IMG/VR virus record: IMGVR_UViG_3300007351_000001
DNA: 64,000 nt
Strand: one strand, 5' to 3'
Source: a virus
Lineage: Duplodnaviria; Heunggongvirae; Uroviricota; Caudoviricetes
Of the stretch, positions 33,998 to 42,662 are shown piece after piece. Every line of letters starts with the position of its first letter. Position 1 is the first letter of the stretch. Below the pieces are notes generated by a model. That model was given only the letters and a program-made list of their open reading frames with translations. It had not been told where the DNA came from and did no database searches. The translations under genes were made by a program, and so were the position numbers.

Positions 33998-36900
33998 ATG
34001 CATCGAGTCGGCCCGCCTCCCATCATCTGGATTGTCGGTCTCGCCGTCCTCGCGGCGTGCTTCTACTTCTACCAGCCATCGGAGGGGCAGCTGGCCCCGG
34101 CGCAGTTCGTGTTCAACACCGACACGCCGACGCCGACCGTCACCAACACCCCCACGCAGACACCGACGCCGACGGCCACGCCAACGCCGGATCTGGTGAG
34201 CAATCTCCAGGCTCACATCCAGTTCGACGAGACGCCGGTAGTGACCACGAGCTTTGCCGACAGCTCGGGCAACGGGAACGCGGCGGTCTGCAGCCCGTCC
34301 TCTCAGTGCCCAGACGCTGGCTTCCCCGGCCAGTTCGGCTCAGGCGTGAACTTCAACGCTGCACAGAGCGACCAGCTCGCGATCGGCATCGCGGCCGATC
34401 CGTCGCAGTACACGATCGCGGCGTGGGTCTATCTCCTCAGCACGGGCTCGCAGGACATCCTCGTCCGGACCAACAGCAACGGGCCGGTGAGCGACTTCTC
34501 GCACTTCCTGCGCACGGACAGCTCGGGCAAGTTCTCGCACTACGTCGACACTGGCACGAACACGTACTCGGCGACGGCCGCGGGCGCAGCCGGGACTCAC
34601 CAGTGGTATTGCGTCGTCGGCACTTCAGACGGCACGTACGTCCGGCTCTACATTGACGGGGCGCTGGAGACCGAGACCTCGATCCCTGGCGCGTTCCAAG
34701 GCTTGTGGAGCGGGGGCGATCGCTGGGCCATCGGGCCGGCCGCAGGCCTCTCAACCAGCAACTTCGCCAGCCTCATGGACGATGTGCGGATCTACGATCG
34801 CGCGCTGCGGACCGATGAAGTGGCGCAGCTCTGCGCGGTGCCAGCGACGACGCCGACGCCATGGCCAGGCCCGCAAGAGATCCCAAATACGCCGGTGGGC
34901 ACCTTCACCTTCACACCAACCTTCACGGCGACGGTCACGCACACCCCCACGGTGACGGCGACACCAACGATCACGTTGACGCCGACCCCGACGCTCGCGA
35001 GCCCCGAACAGGGCCAGTTCTTCGGGAATGTGCGCTCGAACACGAATGAGACACCTCTCATCGGATTCTCTGGCCCGACGGCGTTCTCCAACCAGTCCAA
35101 TCCGAAGCGTCTCCCCCTCGCTGTTCGAGTGCGCAACCTCTACGTCAACTGCCGCGACGGAGGGCCTGGTGCATCCAAGACGCTGACCTTCGCGCTGCTG
35201 AAAAACGGGAGTGTCGTCACCGGCTCCGACTCGTGCGTGCTCGCAGGCGCCGGCACCGGTGACGGTATCTCGCGGTGCGACCAGACCTTCGCGAACACGT
35301 CGGACTTCGACTTCGCTGCCGGAGACATCATCGCCGTCCAAACCACGCAGTCGGCCTCGGCGTCCACCGGACAGACTTGCCACTTCGCGATGTACTACCG
35401 GCAGGCTGGTGATGCAGGCGAGCAGGACGCGATGATCATGGGACACGACGGGACCGGCAGCATTGGCGCGGGGACGTCGTATTGCGGCGGCTGGTCTGAC
35501 GCGACAGCGACCTCGCCTGTCAATCCCACGTACATCTGCGGGCAAGCGACGTCGGCGCACGCCCGGCACGTCATCCCGCGTGCAGGGACTCTCACTGGGC
35601 TCGCGATGCGCAGCCCAGCGTACAGCAACACGGGCGCGTTTACGATTTTGGTGAACGACACGGTAGATGCGACTGACCTCTCCGTCTCGTTGACGTCCGG
35701 TACCTTGTCCGTGTCGGATACGACGTGCACGACCAACTGCAGCGTTGACCAAGCGGAGTTGATGCATCTGGAGATGGTGCAAAGCGGCGGCTCCTCGGGC
35801 TCCACGAGCGCGCGTAACTGGATGATCTCGCTCGACGGCATGGGGCAGGTGTACCAGGGTAGCAACGACGTCTTCGGCAACACGGCCAACGTCAACTCGC
35901 ACATGGGACCATCCGGCGCTGCGGTGGCGGGTAGTGCACAAGGCGTGTGGCCAGTCGCCAAGCGCTCCACGATGCAGAACCTGTGCGTCCACATGACCAG
36001 CGGGGACAAAAACGGCCAGGTCATCGTCACTGCGCGCAAAGGCACTGATCCTGCCAGCCTGTCCAACACCGCCGTGACCTGCACGACGGGCAGCGGCACG
36101 GGCGAGCAGTCGTGCTGTGACACTACGCACCACGTCGGCGTGGAAGAGGGCGAGTACGTCGAGGTGCACGCGCAGTTCATCGGGACGCCGTCCACGCCGC
36201 GACCGATCGCCATGGGCATGGAAATGTCTGGGGATCCGACCGACACGCCGACGCAGACGCCGACACCAACTGGGACTCTGCCAACCTCGACGCCGACGGC
36301 CACGGTCACGCACACGTCGACGCCGACGTTCACGCCGGGCGGGACGCAGCCGAACTGGGCGAGCGGATGCTTTGACGGGAACGCCGCTGACAACCGGCAG
36401 ATCACGACCGGGTTCCAGCCGGACTGGGTCTTCCTGTCGTGGGACCACTCAATCGGTTCCAGCCGCATCCCGGTGTTCCGGTCGTCTAGCTCACCCTTGG
36501 GCGATGCCTCGTGCGACACGTTCACTCTGCCGGGAGATGATTGCGCCACGACGAACAACATCCAAGCGCTCAATGCGACAGGGTTCGAGGTCGGCACGGC
36601 CTCGAACGACGGCTCGTTCAACTACTGCTACTTGGCGCTGCAAAACCTGGCTGGCCATGTGCAGGAAGGGCGCTACGTCGGCACGGGCACGGACAATCGA
36701 GCCATCGACGTCGGCTTCGTACCTGACGTTGTCCTCGTGTACAACGTCACCAACGTGGTCGTCGACATCTGGAGCTTCCGGACGGCCGACATGCCGTCCG
36801 ATTTCTCCATGCGCTTGAACCAAGCCTCCGGCTTCGCCGAGACCGACCGCATCCAAGATTTCTTGTCCATCGGCCTCGGCGACTCGGTCGACGGGTTCGA

Positions 36901-38971
36901 GGTCGGGACGGTCATGAACACGAGCAGCCGAGTGTACTACTGGGTGGCTCTCAAGCAGCTCGACAACTTCATGGAGTTCGGCCACTACACTGCCACTGGG
37001 GCCGATGACTTCCACATCGACACTGGCAGCTGCTCACCGGACATGGTTCTCATCGCCGCGGACGAGTCAGGCACCGTGGCCGAGTGCCAGCGGCACGCCT
37101 GGGACGACGCGCTGTGGCCGATGCCGCTGTCGCAGTTGGTTTCGGGTTTTACGGTCGACAATCGGATCTTGAGCATCGACAGCAGTCCGGACGGGTTCAC
37201 TGTTGATGCCATCTGTAACGACACTGACGCGGTCAGCGACTACCACTGGCTGGCGTTCTGTGCCGAGGAAGACTTCCCCACCCCCACGCCGACCGGCACG
37301 CCCACCGTGCCGCCCGCGACCAGCACGCCAACGGTCCCGTCGTGTGTGACCGTGTCGAGTTCGACGATGGCCACGGTCTCGACCCTGGCCGGTCCAGGGG
37401 ACGTTGACTGGACCAACCAGGCGGATTTGAGCGATGGGTGTAATACCGAGACTACCGAGGCTACGTTCCCCCAGTTCACCAGCGGCAACACTGCGCAGCT
37501 GCGCGGGCAAGCATATTCTGGTCTCGGTGCCATCCCGGACGCAGCGTCGATCACCGGCATCAAGCTCGACGTCACGCGCCGGCTGGTTGGTCCTGGAGTA
37601 TCAGCCGCGACCGACCAGCTCATCAAGCTGATCCGGCCTGATGGGAACTACACGTCGACCAACAAGGCGGACCTGATCACGCAATGGCCGAGCACGTTGA
37701 CGCTCAAGAGCTATGGCGGGCTCGCGGATACGTGGGGGCAGTCGTGGACTGGTGCGGATGTGAAAGACCCCGACTTTGGTGTCGTCATCAGCGCCGAAGT
37801 CGCGCGTGACGATGGATCGAGTGCTGATGCGCTTGCCGAAGTCGACTGCGCGACGATCACGATCTGCTACGACAACTCGGCGTCCCCGACGCCGGCTGGC
37901 TTGGTCCAGTACCACGTCACACCGGCCCCGAGTTTCACTGGCTCTCCCACCGCAACGCCGACGCCACTGCCCACGCCGTACGCGCAGGCGCAGTACAACC
38001 TGAACACGCCGACGGACACGGCCGCGCCGACCGGCACGCCGACCCCTGGGCCGTACTACCCACCGCAGTACATGTTCAGCACTCCGGCGCCGACGGGGAC
38101 TCCGACGCCTGACATCCCGGACGATTACGACCTGCCAACGCCGACGGCGCTGCCGCCGTCCACGCCGTACGCGCAGGCCCAGTACCTGTTCACGATGCCG
38201 CCGACCGTCACGCCGACGGCGATTGGCTCGCCAACGATCTTCATCCCGCCGCAGATCCTCTTCCAGACGCCGACCAACACGGTCGGTGCGGCCCCGACAC
38301 CGACACCACTGGCCGAGATGATCTGCTCGGACGGTGGTAGCGTCGACCTCGGCGACAGCTACTGGACCAACCTCGCCGCGTTCGAGACGCAGCTGCAGCA
38401 TCCAGCCCCGGTCAACAATGAACTGACGCTGGAAGCCTGGTTGCGGTTCGACCACGATGAACTGAACAAGCCATGGATCGCACGCTGGAACAGCGACGAC
38501 ACGCAAGCCCAGTACGTGCTTCGCGTCTCGCCGACCACGGCTGGCGTCATCGAGTGCTGCGTGCACACCGACACCGGCACGCAGCCGCACTGTGTTGCCT
38601 CGCCGTCGGATGCGCTCCTGAACGACGGGCTGTGCCACCACGTGCTGTGCCGCTACAACGACAACGTGGCGACCGGCAACGGGCTTGCGCTCTGGGTCGA
38701 CGGCGTGAAGGTGGCGACCAACGCGACGGCAAAGGGTAACCTGTCGATCACTACACAGAAGACACGCGTCTTCTGCTACTCGGACAACCGCGACTGCCCG
38801 GAGAGCGAGATGTGTATCCAACACGTGGCGCTCTACGACTTCGCGGTCTCGGAGGAACGGATCCTGAAGCATGCCCGCGCGTGCCGCTCGGGCTGCGTGC
38901 AGCCGACGCCTACGGTGACTCCGGCCGTGACGCCGACTACCCGCCGTGGTGGCCCGGTCCTCTTCCCATGA
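33998..38971 (+). CDS. Very large exported mosaic protein: two LamG/concanavalin-like domains, duplicated domain, YTG repeats, AIP/YGG domain, Thr-Pro linkers (island gene 7)
   Basis: N-terminal hydrophobic IIWIVGLAVLAACFYFY; YTIAAWV...WYCVVGT...LYIDG...MDDVRIYDRAL; TLEAW...LWVDG...I.HVALYD. Confidence 0.85.
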   Translation: MHRVGPPPIIWIVGLAVLAACFYFYQPSEGQLAPAQFVFNTDTPTPTVTNTPTQTPTPTATPTPDLVSNLQAHIQFDETPVVTTSFADSSGNGNAAVCSPSSQCPDAGFPGQFGSGVNFNAAQSDQLAIGIAADPSQYTIAAWVYLLSTGSQDILVRTNSNGPVSDFSHFLRTDSSGKFSHYVDTGTNTYSATAAGAAGTHQWYCVVGTSDGTYVRLYIDGALETETSIPGAFQGLWSGGDRWAIGPAAGLSTSNFASLMDDVRIYDRALRTDEVAQLCAVPATTPTPWPGPQEIPNTPVGTFTFTPTFTATVTHTPTVTATPTITLTPTPTLASPEQGQFFGNVRSNTNETPLIGFSGPTAFSNQSNPKRLPLAVRVRNLYVNCRDGGPGASKTLTFALLKNGSVVTGSDSCVLAGAGTGDGISRCDQTFANTSDFDFAAGDIIAVQTTQSASASTGQTCHFAMYYRQAGDAGEQDAMIMGHDGTGSIGAGTSYCGGWSDATATSPVNPTYICGQATSAHARHVIPRAGTLTGLAMRSPAYSNTGAFTILVNDTVDATDLSVSLTSGTLSVSDTTCTTNCSVDQAELMHLEMVQSGGSSGSTSARNWMISLDGMGQVYQGSNDVFGNTANVNSHMGPSGAAVAGSAQGVWPVAKRSTMQNLCVHMTSGDKNGQVIVTARKGTDPASLSNTAVTCTTGSGTGEQSCCDTTHHVGVEEGEYVEVHAQFIGTPSTPRPIAMGMEMSGDPTDTPTQTPTPTGTLPTSTPTATVTHTSTPTFTPGGTQPNWASGCFDGNAADNRQITTGFQPDWVFLSWDHSIGSSRIPVFRSSSSPLGDASCDTFTLPGDDCATTNNIQALNATGFEVGTASNDGSFNYCYLALQNLAGHVQEGRYVGTGTDNRAIDVGFVPDVVLVYNVTNVVVDIWSFRTADMPSDFSMRLNQASGFAETDRIQDFLSIGLGDSVDGFEVGTVMNTSSRVYYWVALKQLDNFMEFGHYTATGADDFHIDTGSCSPDMVLIAADESGTVAECQRHAWDDALWPMPLSQLVSGFTVDNRILSIDSSPDGFTVDAICNDTDAVSDYHWLAFCAEEDFPTPTPTGTPTVPPATSTPTVPSCVTVSSSTMATVSTLAGPGDVDWTNQADLSDGCNTETTEATFPQFTSGNTAQLRGQAYSGLGAIPDAASITGIKLDVTRRLVGPGVSAATDQLIKLIRPDGNYTSTNKADLITQWPSTLTLKSYGGLADTWGQSWTGADVKDPDFGVVISAEVARDDGSSADALAEVDCATITICYDNSASPTPAGLVQYHVTPAPSFTGSPTATPTPLPTPYAQAQYNLNTPTDTAAPTGTPTPGPYYPPQYMFSTPAPTGTPTPDIPDDYDLPTPTALPPSTPYAQAQYLFTMPPTVTPTAIGSPTIFIPPQILFQTPTNTVGAAPTPTPLAEMICSDGGSVDLGDSYWTNLAAFETQLQHPAPVNNELTLEAWLRFDHDELNKPWIARWNSDDTQAQYVLRVSPTTAGVIECCVHTDTGTQPHCVASPSDALLNDGLCHHVLCRYNDNVATGNGLALWVDGVKVATNATAKGNLSITTQKTRVFCYSDNRDCPESEMCIQHVALYDFAVSEERILKHARACRSGCVQPTPTVTPAVTPTTRRGGPVLFP

Positions 38972-40365
38972 GCAACCTCCTGAACTCGTCCGTCCCTACG
39001 CAGCGACATCTGCGTGAGGTCGAACGACTCTTCCCGCATCTCTACGAGGGCACGGTCGAATACGTCAGCGACCCGATGAACCTCGGACGGATCAAGGTGC
39101 GCGTGCACGGCGTCAACGATCCCGACTCGCAGCGCACGCCGCCAACCTCCTTGCCCTGGTGTTACCCCTGTCACGCGCCAGGGTCGTTCCATGTGCCGGA
39201 AGTGGGCTCCACGTGTTGGGTCCTCTTCCGGCACGGGCTCTCGGACTACCCGGTCTACTTGGGCGTCTGGCACGGGCAACTGAAGAAGCCGGTGGTGAAA
39301 GGCCGGCTGCCGGTTTTCTCGACGCCGGAGGCAAAGCCGACCAAGAACAACGCGGCCGACCAGGTCCTCTCGACCTACCAAGGGCTTGGCGTGCCTGATG
39401 ACCTCCGCTTCCACAACGCCGTCGCACCGCCGGCCCTGCCGGTCTACCAGATCCTCTCGGCGAGCGGAGGCCTCGCCAACTTCGCTGCCGGCACCTCGAT
39501 CACCGTGCAGGACTCGACGTTCAACAACGGCACGTTCCGGATCCTCACTAACAACGGGTTCATCATGACCGTCGATGGGCCGCTCAACGAAGAGGACCTC
39601 TCGACGGCGACGATCGGGCAGATCCTCGTCCCACCAGCCTCGAACAACTTCACCTCGTACTTGGAGCCGCCGGGCAACGAGTCGCCGCGGGAGTCGTACG
39701 ATCTGAAGCAGTCGATCGACCCGACGGTGAAGGTGCACTGGCAGACGCCAAAAGGGGCGACCGCGTACAGCGTCGACGACGACGGGGAAGAACGCACGGC
39801 GATCGTCGATCGCATGGGGCAGGGGCTGCACCTGGTCGGGGCAGTCACCAGCTCTGCGAACCAGCACAACAAGGCACGGCGCCGCCGGCAAGAAGTGCGC
39901 GACGGTACCGGGCTCCCGGTCGACCAAGCCGTCGACGGCAAGGCGAGCGTCGAGCTGTACGACCTCCTTGGCCAGTTCGTGAAGCTCATGTCCGACGGTG
40001 GAGGTAGTTGCATCGTCGAGATTCACGGGAAGGACGGCGCCTCGGGATTCTTCCGCATCGCGCAGGATGGCATGCGGATCACAATCCGCTCTGATGCCGA
40101 CTCGCAGATGGTGATGGACGAGTCGATCGTCATGCAAGCACAGGTCGACGGCAGCGGGCCGAAGCTCTCCCTCCTCTCCTCGGGAGTGGCGAAGCTGGAG
40201 AATCAAGCGGGTACCGCGTCGCTGACACTCGATCAGTCTGGGGGCTACGAGCTGAAGAACAGCGCAGGCGCGCAGGTGACGGGGAGCCCGGCCGGCACGC
40301 TCGCGCTCAAGTCGAGTATCACCATCACGATCGACGCGCCGATCGTGCAGACCAACGGAGGATGA
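38968..40365 (+). CDS. Baseplate central spike (gp5/gpV-type OB fold plus beta-helix)
   Basis: ATGA overlap; GTV....DP..LGRIKVRV, LPWCYP, FHVPEVGS.CWVLF.HG...YPVYLG. Confidence 0.88.
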   Translation: MSNLLNSSVPTQRHLREVERLFPHLYEGTVEYVSDPMNLGRIKVRVHGVNDPDSQRTPPTSLPWCYPCHAPGSFHVPEVGSTCWVLFRHGLSDYPVYLGVWHGQLKKPVVKGRLPVFSTPEAKPTKNNAADQVLSTYQGLGVPDDLRFHNAVAPPALPVYQILSASGGLANFAAGTSITVQDSTFNNGTFRILTNNGFIMTVDGPLNEEDLSTATIGQILVPPASNNFTSYLEPPGNESPRESYDLKQSIDPTVKVHWQTPKGATAYSVDDDGEERTAIVDRMGQGLHLVGAVTSSANQHNKARRRRQEVRDGTGLPVDQAVDGKASVELYDLLGQFVKLMSDGGGSCIVEIHGKDGASGFFRIAQDGMRITIRSDADSQMVMDESIVMQAQVDGSGPKLSLLSSGVAKLENQAGTASLTLDQSGGYELKNSAGAQVTGSPAGTLALKSSITITIDAPIVQTNGG

Positions 40366-40366
40366 T

Positions 40367-40657
40367 GTGCCACCGAAAGCGCGCATGACGGACACGACGA
40401 TTGGCCGTTGCACCGAGCACGGACAGCAGTCCGGCGTCGTCATGCTCGCCTCGTTTGACGCGTTCACTGAAGGCCTGGGCGACGCCCGCATGACCGATAC
40501 CGTGATGGCCGCGTGCGGGGACACGGGCACCATCATCAGCACGTCGCTGACCTCGTACGTCAACGGGCTCGGCAGCGCCCGCCTCGGCGACACGTTCGTC
40601 GGCAAGTACTCGGGCACGATCGTCTTGGGGTCATTCACACATCTGGTGGGGGACTGA
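40367..40657 (+). CDS. PAAR-like spike tip protein
   Basis: ARMTD repeated; CG.TG.I; VNGLGSARLGD; G.IV.GS. Confidence 0.8.
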   Translation: MPPKARMTDTTIGRCTEHGQQSGVVMLASFDAFTEGLGDARMTDTVMAACGDTGTIISTSLTSYVNGLGSARLGDTFVGKYSGTIVLGSFTHLVGD

Positions 40658-41394
40658 TGGCACTTTCTGGTGAAACGCTCGGCAGCTTGTTCGGCGCTCA
40701 GAACTCCGCGGGGTTCATCAACCCGATGGCGACGGTACTGGGTGACGTGCACACGAACGCACAGGCGGTCTCCGCAATCATCCCCGCGGAGAACCTCGGC
40801 GTAGGGTGGACCGCGCAGATGCGCGACGACCTCGCCAATGCGATCGGTGCGGTCACAACCGCATCGGGCGGGAATCTCAACGAAATGTCCGGCTTCACGG
40901 GCGGACTCGCGTTCATGAACGGCAACCCGACCTACGACGCGCACACGACAGCGATGATCGCGGAGATGTCGGACAACATCACGCTCGCGCGCAGCTACGG
41001 GTCGGCTGCGGCGCAGCTCGGCGACAAAATCCCGAGTTGCACAGCCGCGGTGAAGAAGTTCTTCGGGCCGTTGCTGAAGGAAGCCCAGGAACTCTGGGAT
41101 GACGTGAAGAGCTTCCTGAACGACATCCGGGAGCTGATCCTGCAAGGCATCGAGTTCATCCGCGATGTGATCAACACCGTCGTGGAGAAACTCTTGGAGT
41201 ATCTCGCCAAGGCCATCAACTTCATTCGGGACTCGATCAACGAAGGGGTGCGCATGGCGAAGGACTTGCTCGACTATGTGATGGCGCAGATTCTTCCCGG
41301 CTCGTTCGAGGACGGGTGCTTGAAGGAAGTCGTTGAAGCTGTGGTCTCACCTGACACGTTGCAGATCCTGTCGAATCTGCCGATCCCAGCCTGA
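40657..41394 (+). CDS. Hypothetical helical baseplate-region protein
   Basis: TGATG overlap; 245 aa. Confidence 0.7.
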   Translation: MALSGETLGSLFGAQNSAGFINPMATVLGDVHTNAQAVSAIIPAENLGVGWTAQMRDDLANAIGAVTTASGGNLNEMSGFTGGLAFMNGNPTYDAHTTAMIAEMSDNITLARSYGSAAAQLGDKIPSCTAAVKKFFGPLLKEAQELWDDVKSFLNDIRELILQGIEFIRDVINTVVEKLLEYLAKAINFIRDSINEGVRMAKDLLDYVMAQILPGSFEDGCLKEVVEAVVSPDTLQILSNLPIPA

Positions 41395-41762
41395 TGGCGC
41401 TCTACTTCGGCCCTGGACTTCCCACCGCCGCCTTCTGCTTCCCCGCAATCAAGCGGGATGAGGCGCTCGTGCGCGACTCCATCGTCCAGATCCTCGGCAC
41501 ACGGCAAGGCAGTCGGCTGCACCAGCCGGAGTTCGGCTCCCGTTTGGAAGAGTTGGTGTTCGAGCCGAACGATGCGGCGCTGCGCACGCTGGTCGAGGAG
41601 ATGATCTTCGAGGCGATCACACGGTGGGAGCCACGCGTGGATCTCGTCGGCGTTGCCGTCAACCCTGACGAGAACCTGCTGCGTGTGTCGATCTCGATGG
41701 TGATCAAGCGGCTGAACATTCCGTTCGACTTGCCGCTCACCATCTCGCGGAACAACATCTAG
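41394..41762 (+). CDS. Baseplate wedge gp25/gpW-like protein
   Basis: SI.QIL.TR.G.R...PEFGS.L..L.FEPND; I.RWEPRV. Confidence 0.92.
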   Translation: MALYFGPGLPTAAFCFPAIKRDEALVRDSIVQILGTRQGSRLHQPEFGSRLEELVFEPNDAALRTLVEEMIFEAITRWEPRVDLVGVAVNPDENLLRVSISMVIKRLNIPFDLPLTISRNNI

Positions 41763-41932
41763 CGAGCGCGGCCCTGCTTCGGCCGCACGTACCGCGCGGT
41801 CGCCTTGTGTACGACCATGACGTTCCCGCAGTCACAGAACGGCACGTCATCAGGCTCGATCTCACCGGGTTTGATGTCGCGCGTCTTCTTGCACCGCACG
41901 CACCGCACCGTGACGAACCCTTCGTAGGGCAT
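41759..41932 (-). CDS. 57-aa zinc-ribbon protein (below ORF-track cutoff)
   Basis: MPYEGFVTVRCVRCKK...PFCDCGNVM; coupled to the upstream stop. Confidence 0.6.
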   Translation of the reverse strand: MPYEGFVTVRCVRCKKTRDIKPGEIEPDDVPFCDCGNVMVVHKATARYVRPKQGRAR

Positions 41933-42258
41933 CAAGCGACGCTGCGGCGCGCGGCGGCGTAGTGGTTGGCGCAGAAGCCTTTGGCGACGTACGCGCGGTC
42001 ACAGCCTGCCTTGGTGCATGTCCGCTTCGGTTTGATGAGCGGTTGGCGCTTGGGTTTGAAGTCGCGCAGCGTATCGGTGGACTTGTCGAGCCCTTCGTTC
42101 AAGAGCGCCACGACGACATCGGTCTTCGTGACGCCTAGCTCACGCGCGACGCGGTCGATTCCATCGGCCACGTTCGTCGGGATCTTCACGTTCATGAGCT
42201 TGCTGGTACTGGTGCTGCCTCGGCCTTTGAGGTCGATCAGCCGCAAGTCGGACCGCAT
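41932..42258 (-). CDS. Ribbon-helix-helix (CopG-like) DNA-binding protein with C-terminal CxxxxC..C..H zinc finger
   Basis: GAAGGAG SD; MNVKIP..V...IDRVARELGVTKTDVVVALL; CTKAGCDR...KGFCANHY. Confidence 0.75.
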   Translation of the reverse strand: MRSDLRLIDLKGRGSTSTSKLMNVKIPTNVADGIDRVARELGVTKTDVVVALLNEGLDKSTDTLRDFKPKRQPLIKPKRTCTKAGCDRAYVAKGFCANHYAAARRSVA

Positions 42259-42291
42259 GGTGTCTCCTTCCGCATATGGTGGATTGGTGAG

Positions 42292-42365
42292 TGGGCTGCC
42301 CGAGGGTCGAACTCGGAACCTACCGATTAAGAGTCGGTTGCTCTAAGCCATTGAGCTAGCAGCCC
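42292..42365 (-). tRNA. tRNA-Lys(CTT)
   Basis: GGGCTGC/GCAGCCC acceptor; ACCGA-CTCTTAA-TCGGT arm; TTCGACC. Confidence 0.95.
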
Positions 42366-42490
42366 ACAGGGACACGCGCATCTTGTCCACCACCACACCG
42401 TCCAGGCTGATGCTGCTTCACGCCCTTCGCATCCTGGTCCTGCAGACTGTCGTCTTTCTTCGAGTCACTGGCAAGCGGAGTTGACGAAAG

Positions 42491-42575
42491 TGAAGAGGGA
42501 CGGATTTGAACCGCCGCGGCGCACGCGCTTCCGCTCTACAGGCGGATGCCTTCAACCAGACTCGGCCACCTCTTC
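42491..42575 (-). tRNA. tRNA-Tyr(GTA)
   Basis: GAAGAGG/CCTCTTC acceptor; TCCGC-CTGTAGA-GCGGA arm; long variable arm; TTCAAAT. Confidence 0.9.
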
Positions 42576-42615
42576 AAGTGTGCGAGCCTAAGCACACTTC
42601 TTCGCAAGTTGTCAA
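42576..42615 (-). promoter_or_regulatory. Candidate sigma70-like promoter for the tRNA-Tyr/Lys/RHH unit with overlapping 8-bp inverted repeat
   Basis: Minus strand TTGACA-N19-TAGGCT (long spacing); AAGTGTGC-N8-GCACACTT at 42576-42599. Confidence 0.4.
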
Positions 42616-42662
42616 CTGCGTACTTGCGCGCATGACACGGCGTGAGACGAAGGAGATCCCTC

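Noticed and set aside
26020-38971. Diversity-generating retroelement acting on the duplicated adhesin modules
   Set aside because: No reverse transcriptase, and the copies differ at all bases rather than only at adenines.
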